From assembly GCA_905178155.1 (NCBI GenBank), contig CAJINV010000015.1, forward strand, positions 519,309 to 583,308: 64,000 nucleotides of DNA, written 5' to 3'. Origin of the DNA: Amoebophrya sp. A120 (lineage: Eukaryota > Protista > Dinoflagellata). The position numbers were made by a program, and so were the translations under genes. The notes under the pieces are model-generated. The model ran no database searches. It saw nothing but the letters and a program-made list of their open reading frames with translations, and was not told the origin of the DNA. Positions 1 through 11,772 of the stretch are shown here, one piece after another; positions within the stretch are counted from its first letter, which is position 1; each line of letters begins with the position of its first letter.

Positions 1-153
1 CGAACGAGGACGAAACATGGTGTCAAATCATACAGGAGTAGTAAGTAATCAGTTGCTCGTCGGTTCTCGTTCTTGTGCAGCCGACACTTGTACTACTACA
101 TGCACTATGACTATGACAAACTGCACCACCACTGCAGCTCCATATTTTACTCC

Positions 154-3100
154 TTACGAATTGGTTTTCGTAATGTCCCACTCCTCAAACTTTTCGTCGC
201 TGTCTTCGGGGTGGAAGTGTGCGACGCCTCCGTCTAGACCACTCTGGTCACCGCTTATCGATGAAAAAACAACCCCATCCACATACAATTTGTCATGCAA
301 AACATACATAAAATCCCGTATCTGTCGTGCGAAAAATGGATGCGGATGGTTTTTTTTCTGTGGATACCACTGTCACTGTCAGGAGCTGCACCATCGTCGG
401 AGTCGTCACCGGAATCATCATCGTCCTCGGCCTCCTCATATGGATCGCAAAAGTATCGCACTCGAGCTAGTAGTGGAGTTGTAATGCATGGCAAATATCC
501 TACCATTTTTCTTGGTGAAGAAATTTGTCATGCGATTTTTCTCTACGTACGATACTTTTGCGATGCATACCTCACAACCAATGCAGTCCACCGCCAGATC
601 TCGCATCATCGAAATCTCCACGGCCTTGCTCGGGATTTCCAACTCCACGCAACAGCACTGCGCGTCTTTCTTATCACAGCAGAGCATGCTCTTACTTGAT
701 TGTTCATCTGCTTCACATGTTCTATCACAACTGAATCTGATGAAAAAGTGTTCTCATGATGCTTACTACGATTGCCTATCTAATGCAAGAAGGCAGCAAA
801 ATCATGCGTAAAACCAGGGCGCGACTAGTATAAACAGGTCGATTTACAATTACGAACATCACTGTCTTGCTGTGATAATCTTCGCACTCCTCGGGAGTCA
901 GTGGCTCTTTCGGATCAAAGGGTTTAAACTTCGGGAAGGTTAATATGGGAGTGTCAGGATCGAAATCGTCAAAGTTGAATTTGAAATAATTTCTGATGCA
1001 TAAACTGCAAGGCATGAAGTGCCTCTCTTGCAGGGATGGCAAGTGAGGCCGACTGTCAGCCTGTTTGGGGTCTGCGATAGAGCTGCTAAAGCAGCATGAC
1101 AAAAGACGCCCTCTGTCCCTAAACAGCATGACAAACTGGATTTAGACGGCTCCGAAATTTGTCATGCGCCGCTTAGAAATTGGGCTTCCAACTGGTATCG
1201 ATTTTACGCAAGTTATTTCAGCTTTGTCGATCTCGATTTCAATCTTGACACTCCCATAGTTAATTCGCCTGTGACCCCGTACCACGCCGAGTTCAGCTCT
1301 TCTTTGGTAAACTTCTTTCGTTTATGCGTCGCAAAAGTTGTATGTTTATCGTGCTAGAAATAAATGTAATTGCAACATGCTACAGCTAAGTTTACTTTTG
1401 CGAAGGAATGTGACTTTTGGGATGCGGATACGGATTCGGGTAGGTGGTCATGCAACTACATCAACAAGACAAAGACTGCAATTAGTACGACGACTACGCT
1501 CACACAACTTTTACAGAGGATATGGCTTTACGTAGTCGTCTTTCTTCGGGGGCGGTATGATTGGGTACGGATCAGGGGAGTCGTTCGTGATGTCCGGCAG
1601 CTCCTTGTACACGACCGCCCCTGGGTCGGGTTTTATTTATCCCACGTAAAGTCACCCTCACCACCAATTTGTCATGCGGAAACGAAATCATGTCATGCGT
1701 TGAAATGCTGCAAAGTTACTTTTTATTCTGCATTTCTTTGCTCTTTAATTATTACGCACTCGAAAGTAGTACAACAAAGGTCTGATGGTGATTTTACATT
1801 CCATACCACATTGATGGAGAGAAAAAAGTTTGTCAGAGTCACTAACTTGCAGGCTTTGCATTACAAATTTTCTTAGCATCACAAATTTTCCTTGTATTGC
1901 AGAAACACTAGGGAAATCCCTAATAAAGTTCGGCTGTGATGCATTTTTACGCATGACAAACACTTTTGTGTTGCAAAAATGCGCATGAGTGATCGTGACG
2001 AGCTATTTTTCTTTGATAATATTCGGCGGGATCGAAGGCGTGGAGGGAATCATCGGTCTTGGCGTCGCAGTATCAAATGTAAAAATGTCTAGGTCTGGAA
2101 GAGTGCAAGATTTGTCATGCCTATTTCTCATGGCACATGATGCCTGTAATGCATGACTTAGCATCGCAGACTTTTAGAGGGCTTCCTGATGCACCTTCCG
2201 CATGAGAAATGCCCTGTCCGTGTAGCACAAATTATACCCCTCTTGCTGGTCACGCAATACAAATTTTTTTAGAGTCCAAAAACAGCATGACAAGTTGCAA
2301 TCTTCCAGGGAGACCCAGACATTTTTACATTTGATACGCAGGATTCGTCGGCGTCGGAAGCCCTTCTGGTTTTTTCTCTGGCAGCCCCTGTGTATGGGAG
2401 TGTCAGAATCGAAATCGACAAAATCGAAAAACTTGTGATGCGCAAAATCGATGCCAGTTAGACCGACAGTTTGTAGTCGGCGCATGGCAAATTTCCTTCG
2501 TCCTGCAAGCGAATCTGTCATGCGGTTTAGGGCAAAAGAGCTCCCCTCTGTCATACTAGCCACCAGCCCAATTCTTGATGAAGACCCTTAGCAGGACTAC
2601 AATCTGCCTCCTTTGCGTTCTCTGCAATAGAGTCACTTTTTGTGTCGCATTTTCTGCATGACAGATTATTTCGACAACTTTGTCGATTTCGGTCCTGACG
2701 CTTCCATACTGTGGATTTTTATCCGGCAACCCTTCCGGTTCGTCGCTTTTCTCCGGTGTCGCATGCAGTGCAAAAGCATCGCACTCGTATAAATGCATTA
2801 CAAATTTACTCAGCATGAAAAATAAAATTTGTAATGCTGATCTACCTCAAGAAAAAGATTTGTATTCGCATGAATGCAATAGCAATACAAGTACGATGCT
2901 TTTGCATTTCATATGTCGCCGACGGAGAGGAAGATTCTTCCGAACTTTTTTCCTCACTGGACTTCTCTTCGGACGAGGCAGCGCTACCAGGAGATCCCGA
3001 CCCGCTCCCCGACGCAGAGGCGCTTCCCGATTCGGTTCCAGACCCGGTGTCATCTTCTTCGCTAGTACTCGACGCCGCGTCAACCTCCACATTCACCTCA

Positions 3101-6100
3101 GTCTTGTGTGTCGCCGGTGCTGGTGCTCGTCCCGCTGCGTCTTGCCGTTCTTCGAGTTGCAGAAGAGACTCGGCATGTTGTTGACCCCCACCAGTACCTT
3201 CTGTCCACCCGAAATCGCCGTTGTCCCCTTCCCAGAGTTCCAGGAAGGGGTTGGGGTTGAGACTGGTCATCTGCGCGGGTCGTTGTGAATGAGCGCCATC
3301 GAAGTTGTTGTTTCCCGTAGTTGTGTTCGCGACAAGAAAGCCGCTCGCACTAGTACTCCCTATCTCGTCGTCCATGCCTTCGTCCCCTAGGATATGACAA
3401 GAAAAAGTGTTAACGTTAACGGTTTTCACAGATTGCAGGCATGCATCACAAATGTAGTCCAATATGCATGCTATGCATGACAAATTATAACATGTTTTGT
3501 GATGCGTTTCTGCAACACAAATTCCGTTCACGTTAACACTTTTTCCTCTGATATAGGAATTCGGCTAACGGAACCGCCCGAATCGTACTGGCGGTAAAGT
3601 TATGCATTGCAAAAGTATCATAATAGTATAAATCGCAATACAAATTTTTTCAGAAGGAAAAATCGAATTTGTAATGCTGATTTCGGTAAGAAATAAGACT
3701 TGTCATGCATAATTGCAATTAGTACGAGTACGATACTTTTGCACATGATAAAAGTCGTTCTTCGGTAGTAACTCCTTGGATTCAACATCTCGGGTGAAGC
3801 TAGTTTCTAGGAAAGAAGAGGCGGGAGTTGATGTTGGTACTGGATTTAGTGAGGAATGATCTAAATCATGAAGACCATGTTTGTCGTTGTCCGCAGGGGC
3901 AGCATTATCGTGAGCTATCGCATTGCCAGCGTCGTTTGTTAAGCTGGAAGTGGACAGTGAGGTTGATTTTTCTTTTCGTCCTGCGGGCAGTGCTTCTGCT
4001 TTTGGTTCTTCTTTCTGTTTCTGTTGATCTTGATCCTGCGTAGCAGTAGCAGAGGTGATTATATCAGCAGCGGAGTTCATCTGCTTGATCCCGCCACGAA
4101 GGTTCGTTTTTCCCACAACCTGTAATTTATTTTCCGATGCTCCTGCTTCCAAAGCGGATGCCGGCTGTGGATTGTTATTCAAGGCGCCTGAAGTGCTGGT
4201 GGACGAGGAAAGAACACTGCTCATTTCATCCGATGAGCTAGTGGTTTTCTGCATCTTGCCCGCGCCGCGAAGATTTCCACGCTTCTGCCTTCTGTTCTCC
4301 GTAGTTTTGACACCATTTTGCGCGGCAGGAGCATCATTATCAGCAACTCCACTTATTGCTGTTGTTCCGTGGTCTTTATGGATTGCAAAAGTGTCTGGGT
4401 CTGGAGGAATGCAGGAGTTTGTCATGCAGATTTTGCATGACCCATGAGGTCTGTGATGCATGCCCTAGCATCAGAGATTTTCCGAGGGCATTCTGATGCT
4501 CATACCGCATGCGCAGTGCCCTCCTTGCGTAGCACAAAACGCACCTCTTTTGCTGCTCATGCAATATAGATTTTTTTAGAATCCAAAATCAGCATGACAA
4601 GTTGGATTCTTCCAGACCCAGACATTTTTACAGTTGATAGTCTTGCAGCTTGTGCCTATTTTTCCTTTTCAATTCCGCAAACGAAGCATCGGGATCGTCC
4701 TCCTCCTCACCACTCGCACTACCTGACGCAGCGGCACCATCCTCGCCCGAGCCTCCTGCAGATCCGGCCGCACTTATTCTGAGTAAAAACGTACACACAC
4801 CAGAGTTGTAATGCAAATCTGCATGCTGAAAATGTTTCTCATGCGGAGCTCCATGAGAAGCATTTTCTAGTCGTGTTTTGCAATTTGTCATGCTCCAATC
4901 AGCATGGTATGCTAGATCTGTAATGCTGCTGAGCTAGCTCAAACAGCACTACACTACGAATCCAAATTTGTCATGCAAAACAGCCAAAGCTTGTGGATTT
5001 GTCTAGCCGATTCCCCATCTTGACTCTGGTGTGGGTACGTTTTTACTCAGGCTAGCACTGTCATTTTCATCATCTTCAGCGGATTCTTTGTCTTGCTTCT
5101 TGCCCGCCGTTGCGTCTTTTCCCTTCTCCTTTTCCTTCGGTGCGTGTTATGAGACTGCACAACTCCCCCTCCCCCTCATTTGTAATGCAAAATACCAAAT
5201 TCACACCCTGTTCGTAGGCACTGTTAGCATGACAAATTTTGGAACCTTAGAAAATGGTACTACTATCCGCATGCAGATTTGTCATGCGAAAGCCTCTTTT
5301 CTGCTGTTGCTTGTGTTGCTGTTCATGCAATACAAATGAGGGGAAGGGGTAGTTGTGCACTCTCATACCTGCCACGGTTTCCTCCCGTTGTCCAATTTTA
5401 TCATCTGCGCGCGCCAAGCGTATTTCCCCCCAGGGAGGAAGAGCCAGGAGAGACGGCACATGAAGTCGTCCGTTTCGGTGTCGAGGTAGGCGTGTATCAT
5501 GCGGCCTGTGCAAACGGGTTCTTCGCCGTGAAACGGGTCGAAGTCGTCGTCAGAATCCGGGTCCAGGTTGATATCGCTGTCAGCACCATCTCCATCACTG
5601 TCGCTGTCCTTTTTTCCTGTTTTGGTTTTCTGCAGCGCACTACTCGAAGAGGATGCTGTTGAGGAAGCGCCAACAATACTAGGTTGTGTACTTTTGTGCT
5701 TCTTGATGTTCGCCCGTTTCAACTTTCGTGGCCGACGCTTCTTCGACGTCCAAGAAGACTTCCTTCCTGAAGATGTTGTTGTACTAGCAGTAGATAGAGC
5801 AGACAAAGCTTTTTCAACAGAAGCTGCTGTTTTCGACGTCAAACCTGAAGATGTACTCGTCGTTGCTTTGTCCTCCTCTTGTCCAACCTGAAGTGCAGAG
5901 CCAGACTTTGGCGCAGAAGATATTAAAGTCGCTTGTTGTACTAGTTCAGGCACTGCTCCTGCACTACTTGCAGTTCCAGGAACTTTTTCTTCCTCTACTA
6001 CTGCCTCATGTGCCTGTGCTTCTGATTCTGTCTGCAGGAAAGAGCTCGCGGCCTGTGACTCGCTGTTTGGAATTGTCGTCGGTGATGAACCTGTACCACT

Positions 6101-9100
6101 GGTGGGCTCCACCACTCCTGTATCTACCCCGCTGCCTCCGTCAGCTGCTGCTGCAGCTACCACCTCGTCCTGCGCAGGTCCGTCTACTACCGTGTTCTCT
6201 ACTGCCGCACTCCGCTTTAAACTTGCAGCCGCTCCGCGCAGGTTGGACGTCTTTGTTTTCAGTTTTGCTACTGAAGTAGAAGCCCCGTCCTCACTTGGTT
6301 TTTCTCCGCGCTCCGCCCACCACCGTTGCTTATTTTTCCCAAAAATCCGTCTACTCAACATTTTCCCGAACCGCCTCGCTTTGGTTTTTATCCGCTCGAT
6401 ATCAACTGTAAAAATGTCTGCGTCTGGAAAAGTGCAACTTGTCATGCTAAATCTGAATCATACAAAAATCTGTGTTGCATGATTACCAATAAAGCTGCTC
6501 ACTTTTGAGAAGGCCGAGAGGCAGTTCCTCATGCGGAAAAGGCATGGTAAAGATCTCACAGAATCTGTGACGCTACGGCATGCATCACAGACCTCACACG
6601 TCATGCAAAACCTGCATCACAAGTCTGGCATTCTTCCAGACCCAGACATTTTTGCAATCCATACTCGAGAAACGAAGAGGAAGAAGCAGAACTGGTGCTT
6701 GCCGCAGCAGCTTTTTTGCCAGAAGTTTTGCTGTCGCTGTCTTCGTCGTCGTCACTGGCTGAACTGCCAGAGTCTTCGCCAGATCCTGAACCGGAATCAA
6801 TATCATCGTCACCACTGTCGCCTCCCGAGTCCTCTGCCTTCTTGCCGGCAGCCGCAGGGGCCTGTTTCTTCGACGAAGCAGAGTCCTCACTGTCGCCCGA
6901 GGCAGCGGCATCCGAGTCCTCTGGCGCCTTCTTGCCGGCAGCCGCAGGGGCCTGTTTGTTTTTTGACGCAGCCGAGGAAGATGTTGCACTTGCGGCGTTT
7001 TGTCTTGTCGTCGCAGCAGAAGGAGCAGTTTTATCGGCATCATCTGATCCTTCATCTCCGCTGTTGTCAGCCGCTTCGTCGCTAGAACGTTTGTCACCAT
7101 CTTCCCCGTCATCACTATCGTCCTCGTCATCTTCTGCCCCCGCTGCTGCCTTCCCCTTATTTCCACCCTCGCCAGAAGTCTTTCCCGGCAGTTTGGGACA
7201 CGTGCCTTTTCGGTACTCTCCCTTCAAAAACACCTTTTTGTAGGGGTACTTCCTTTCGCTGTCCCGAAAAATTTATGCACTGCAAAAGTATTGCAATCAT
7301 GCATTACAAATTTCATTTGTTAAGCCAAATCCGCATTTCTCTCATGCTGAGGAAGTTTGTAATGCATTTGTACGAGTACGATACTTTTGCAGTGCATAAA
7401 ATTTCACGAATCGCCGCTGTGGTGTTCATATGCATTGCAAAATCATCGTACTAGTAGGAACTTCTGCATGACAAATTTTTGTAAGAGGAAAAGTGCAATT
7501 TGTCATGTTGTTTTACCTTCGGAAGAAGATCTGTCATGCGTATTTGCAATTAATACGAGTACGATAAGTACTTTTGCACAGGATAGTTCACTTTTACCAG
7601 GGTGTTTGGTTTTCGGATTTCCCATATGCCGCACCCCTTCTGCACGGCTTCGATGGCGGTCAAAGCGACGTAGTCGGGCGGGGGCGGGGGCGGGGGAGGG
7701 AACAATAGCGCGTTCAGGCTCATGAACACCCACTTGAAAAAAGTCCAGATGAAGTTCAGATACCCCTTGTAGCCCAGCCAGACCACGCCGGAAAGCAGGG
7801 CGATTACTAGGAGAAGGAGGAAGAGCTGCATGCACAGGTGGCCGCAGGACAGGCAGTATCCACAGTAAATTTCCCACACACGTACAGACGCGGTTTCTGC
7901 ATGACAAAATTTCGATTCATCCTATTCAGCATGAGAAGCGTCATGGTTCAAGTTGGCGAAATTTGTGATGCATGTTGCAGCACGTCGCGTAGAGGAAATT
8001 TGTATTGCATACGCAGCAGGGCAAAAGCGTGTTGTCCTTGAAGTTTTCCCACCAGGCGAGGCATTGTTCGAAACAGCCCGGGCCTAAGTCCTCTTCTGGT
8101 TCCTCTTCAATCTCGACTATTTCATCCGGTTCCTCTTCGTCGAATTCGTGCTCTAGTGCTTGCCGTGCTCCGAAATCCGCTTTTCCCGAGGCTTTTTTCC
8201 CATATCCCCCCTTGTCGCCCTTGGTGAAAATCTCGGAGTAAATCTATCCTATGTAAAAACGTCCCCACCCCACAGTCAAGATGGGAAATCTGCAAGACAA
8301 ATCAACCAGCTTTGGCTGCTGCGCATGACAAGTTTTGACTCGTAATGTAATCCTGTTTAGCTACCTCCAGCAGCAACACAGATCTAGCATATCGTGCTTC
8401 TTCGAGCATCACAAGTTCCAAAACACGACTAGAAAATGCTTCGCATGGGGCTCCGCATCATCATCATGTAGTGGACACCCGCTCCCAGCGCCACAGGTCA
8501 AGGATCCCCTCCCCGGGGGGTGGGCGAGGAAGCACTTTCGGCGACCTCATCATACAAAAGCCGAGCGCTACCACGGCAAGTCGCCCCAAGAAAAGTGCCA
8601 ACCAGTCGGGAGCTACCCACCACACCTGATCGGTACAGCCCGGCCAGCAAGCCGAGCGCGACGGTCCAACATACAGAATGATCCAGGACCCGACCCATTT
8701 TACGCCCTACGTTTTTGTTCTCACGGAAGAGACGACGTACCCCTTTGGGTGAAGGGGCGAGACTCTCCCCTAAGCCGCAGCCCCGCCCAGACAGGGGAGG
8801 CTGGACCGTTTGCGCCTTACCTGCGGCACGGACGAAAAAGGCAAGCGAGCGGGCCACAGTTGTCAAACCATAGACCAGTTGTTTGGCACTGCTGACTGGC
8901 AACCCACCTGGGGCACAGCGACAACTTAAAGGCTTAATTTGTGCGTGGCGGCCGTAGTGACTCAGCTTGACCCTCCGCATGAGAAACATCTTCACCCTGC
9001 GGATTTGCATGACAACTATGGGGCGGGGATGTTTTTACGTAGGATAAAACCGGACCGGTTGACGCCGGAATTGGGTCCTCCCACTGCATGGGATCCTGCC

Positions 9101-9290
9101 AGGGGTCGGGCTCCGGCCAGGCGGTCCAGTTTTCCTCCGGCCAGCTTTCCTCCGGCCAGCTTTCTTCCTGCCACGACTGCTGTTGTTGTCCGTAGTTCGA
9201 CGAAGCCGCACCGGGTACTACAACGGGGGCCGGCGGCGGCTGTGGCTTTGCTTTGGGTTTCGGCGGTTTCGGTGGGGGTCTTTTGTTCAT
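154..9290 (-). CDS. Large single-pass membrane protein of unknown function (Pro/acidic N-terminus, TM helix, long low-complexity region), ~20 introner introns
   Basis: Manual splicing (element + 5 nt) joins ORF pieces in frame from MNKRPPPKPP (9290) through LFLLLLVIALLSGVVWLGY to EEWDITKTNS* (154); contains SSFLE/SSFLQ motifs. Confidence 0.65.
256..366. mobile_element. Introner family B
   Basis: TIR, TSD ccgct/ccact. Confidence 0.75.
439..569. mobile_element. Introner family A
   Basis: TIR, TSD cctca; gives GT..AG on minus strand. Confidence 0.85.
723..832. mobile_element. Highly degenerate introner-like intron
   Basis: TAT..ATA ends, no TSD match; removal +5 nt restores frame. Confidence 0.4.
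944..1258. mobile_element. Introner family C
   Basis: TIR TATGGGAGTGTCA, TSD gttaa. Confidence 0.9.
1323..1522. mobile_element. Degenerate introner (A-like)
   Basis: TSD tcgtt/tggct; frame restored. Confidence 0.55.
1638..1805. mobile_element. Introner, unassigned family
   Basis: Imperfect TIR TATCCCACGTAAAGTCACC/GGTGATTTTACATTCCATA. Confidence 0.55.
1813..2018. mobile_element. Introner family D
   Basis: Similar to 36108-36313; TSD acatt/atatt. Confidence 0.75.
2071..2336. mobile_element. Introner family E
   Basis: TIR TATCAAATGTAAAAATGTCT, TSD cgcag. Confidence 0.9.
2393..2708. mobile_element. Introner family C (opposite orientation to 944)
   Basis: TIR, TSD ctgtg. Confidence 0.9.
2762..2913. 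mobile_element. Introner family A
   Basis: TIR, TSD tgtcg. Confidence 0.85.
3393..3553. mobile_element. Introner family F
   Basis: TIR ..AAAAAGTGTTAACG, TSD tagga. Confidence 0.9.
3601..3750. mobile_element. Introner family A
   Basis: TIR, TSD aaagt. Confidence 0.9.
4377..4639. mobile_element. Introner family E
   Basis: TIR, TSD gtctt. Confidence 0.9.
4775..5054. mobile_element. Introner family G
   Basis: TIR ..GAGTAAAAACGT, TSD gcact. Confidence 0.9.
5148..5367. mobile_element. Introner family H
   Basis: TIR TATGAGA(C/G)TGCACAACT, TSD cgtgt/cctgc. Confidence 0.85.
6400..6663. mobile_element. Introner family E (opposite orientation to 2071)
   Basis: TIR, TSD ctcga. Confidence 0.9.
7274..7398. 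mobile_element. Introner family A
   Basis: TIR, TSD aaatt. Confidence 0.85.
7429..7585. mobile_element. Introner family A
   Basis: TIR, TSD gttca. Confidence 0.85.
7857..8011. mobile_element. Introner family I
   Basis: TIR, TSD ggcag/cgcag. Confidence 0.8.
8245..9046. mobile_element. Introner family G carrying a nested 514-bp insert
   Basis: TIR, TSD aaatc/aaacc. Confidence 0.85.
8459..8972 (-). mobile_element. SINE-like / non-LTR retroposed insert
   Basis: 8-bp TSD ctccgcat (8451-8458, 8973-8980); (ATG)n tail on minus strand; no TIR. Confidence 0.6.
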
Positions 9291-9437
9291 GATGGTCACT
9301 TCGTCCACCTGGAAACCCTGGATGTAAGCCACACGGGAGAGATACCTTAGCAGGATTTTTCTTTGCATAATGGTTTAGTTGTTCGTGTTCGATGAGACAA
9401 TTTTTACAGAAAGTTAGACTTAGAGCTCGAGAAAAAT

Positions 9438-11079
9438 CTAGCAAGCAGTTGTACACAACAAATGATGAACAAATGCAGTCGAAATATCTATGTAGTACTC
9501 CTGCACTAGTTCGTCCATCCACGCTTTGTCACCCGACTCTTCTATCACAGGAAAAAGTGTTAACAACGGAATTTGTGATGCAGTAATGCATCACAAAACG
9601 TGCAGAAATTTGTCATGCATAGAATGCATGCTAGGCAAGATTTGTGATGCATATTTGCAATCTATGAAAACCGTTAACGTTAACACTTTTTTGTTTGATA
9701 TCTTCGTCCACCATAACGTACACCTGCAACCTATGGAAGCGTCAGGATTGAAATCGTCAAAGTTGAAATAATTTCTCATGCAGGAATTGCAACGCATGAA
9801 GTGCCTCTCTTGCAGGGATGGCAAGTGAGGCCGACTGTAAGCCTGTTTGGGGTCGGCAATTATAGAGCTGCTAAAATAGCATGACAAAAGACGCCGTCTG
9901 TCTCTGAACAGCATGACAAACTGGATTTAGACGGTGCCGAGATTTGTCATGCGCTGCTTAGAAATTGGGCTTTTGACTCGCCATCCATTTAATGCATCGC
10001 AAACTATTTCAACTTTGACAATTCCATTCCTGACAGTTTCATACAACCCTTGCTGCGCGTTCATGCGCGAGTGCGGGTCCTTTTTCACCCCGGGCTATGC
10101 ATTACAAAAGTATCCTATCGCACTAGTATAAACTGCATTACAAATTTCCTTAGCATGTGAAATGGACTTTGTCATGCTGTTTTAGCTTATGCTTCGGAAG
10201 GCGATTTGTCATGCATAATTGCGATTACTACGAGTACGATACTTTTGCACAGGATACGGGCTCGACGAGCGTGATGTTGAAAAACAGTATCCAAGAAAAA
10301 AAGCATTGTAGGTGTAACTTTTTTGCAGGAACAGCATTACAAATGCCGTGTCTGGCATGACAGCAGAAACTTGTCATGCGCAGATCGTATGTGAGGACAT
10401 GAGACTAGCGTAGCCTGTAAGCCATACTCAGCATGACAAGTGTCCCTTCCTTGCGTCGTCTGCAACACAACTTTACTATACACGCTACAATCTTTTTTCG
10501 TTGCATAAATAGCGTCAGATCGATCCCGTCATCCAGCTCATCCACCTCCGCCTCATATCCTATGGAAAAACGTCCCCACCCGCCCATAGTCAATCTGCTA
10601 CACAAATCCACAAGCTTTGGCTGTCGAGCATGACAAGTTCTGGCTCGTAGTGTAATTATCCTGTTTAGCTAGTTGTGCAACCGCATGACAAATTGATGAC
10701 TATCTTATCCTGATTCTAGCATGACAAACTCCCAGATAGCATGAGAGTAGAATGGCATCTCTCATTCGGCTGCGCATGAGAGACATGTTTGGGCTTGCGG
10801 ATCTACAGGACAACTATCGGGAGGTGGGGACGTTTTTACATATGATACCTCGCCCTCGATCCCAATCACCTCCAACGCGTAATCAAACGCTTCCGCGACC
10901 TGCGCCGTGGTAACCACATCTTCTTCCGTGTACTGCAGGATGGTGAGTTTGTAACCGGGATGGGCCGCCGCGGCCGCGCTCGCAACGTCATCGCGATTTC
11001 CCGCCCAGTGTTCCTCTTTCACGGTGCCCTTCTTGTCCGTGGGGTGCACCACGTTGTGCCGCACGTTGGGGTGACTCAT
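9438..11079 (-). CDS. Small hypothetical protein (~160 aa), 5 introner introns from 5 different families
   Basis: MSHPNVRHN...IEGE|AEVDELDDGIDLTLF|FNITLVEP|GVKKDPHSRMNAQQGL|QVYVMVDE|ESGDKAW...TTAC* stays in frame after each removal. Confidence 0.7.
9543..9700. mobile_element. Introner family F
   Basis: TIR, TSD tcttc. Confidence 0.9.
9732..10043. mobile_element. Introner family C
   Basis: TIR, TSD caacc. Confidence 0.85.
10096..10256. mobile_element. Introner family A
   Basis: TIR, TSD cgggc. Confidence 0.9.
10288..10507. mobile_element. Introner family J
   Basis: TIR, TSD aacag/aatag. Confidence 0.75.
10556..10847. mobile_element. Introner family G
   Basis: TIR, TSD cctca/cctcg. Confidence 0.85.
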
Positions 11080-11772
11080 TTTCTTGGAAAAAATGTGGGA
11101 TTTTTCTTGCACAGCAGGGGCTTCTAGTAAGCAAAAAGTCTTTTGTTTGCTTTGTAATAGCTAAAAATACCAGATTTTTAATACCGCTCCGTAGGCTTGA
11201 CTGGTCTCTCTCCACCAACTACTTTATGGACGGCCCGCACACATTAAAGAACAAGAAGCGAATGGCTCTCCTAGGGCACCTCTTGACAGAAACCAATCAC
11301 TTCCTGCAGTTTCACAACGTGCTCTCATGCTGTTGCACGACACTGAAGCGAAGAGGTGGAAATTTCTCTGTTTCTTTCTCTTTTGGCTTGTCTGCAATGG
11401 GTCGACGACAACGTCTTACTCGAACATGATGAAAGCTCGTTTGCGCGAACATACGAACATGATCGACGACAACGAACCTCCAACAACGATACACTTTCAT
11501 CAGAAATTCAAGAACAGACAGACACAGATGTTCGAATTGGTTCACTGCGCAAGAACTTCTGTGCAGCCGCAAACATCCTCGGACAACTGACGACGTGTCA
11601 CAACCTGAATTTTGCCACTGCCAAGAAGCAGAGCAATCGAGTTTATTTGCTAGATTTGAGAACTTCATCAATTGATTTTGCGCAAAATGAATTTTTAAAT
11701 CTGCGCCTCATTTATCTTGATGTCCATGAATCTCTGCGGTGACGTGGTGGCTCCTGATCATGGATAAGGCTT

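Noticed and set aside
8535-8560. Hammerhead ribozyme or box C/D snoRNA (ATGATGA...GAAA on minus strand)
   Set aside because: Lacks CUGAUGA core, flanking helices and a correctly placed box D; the HDV-like segment also lacks proper P1 and J4/2
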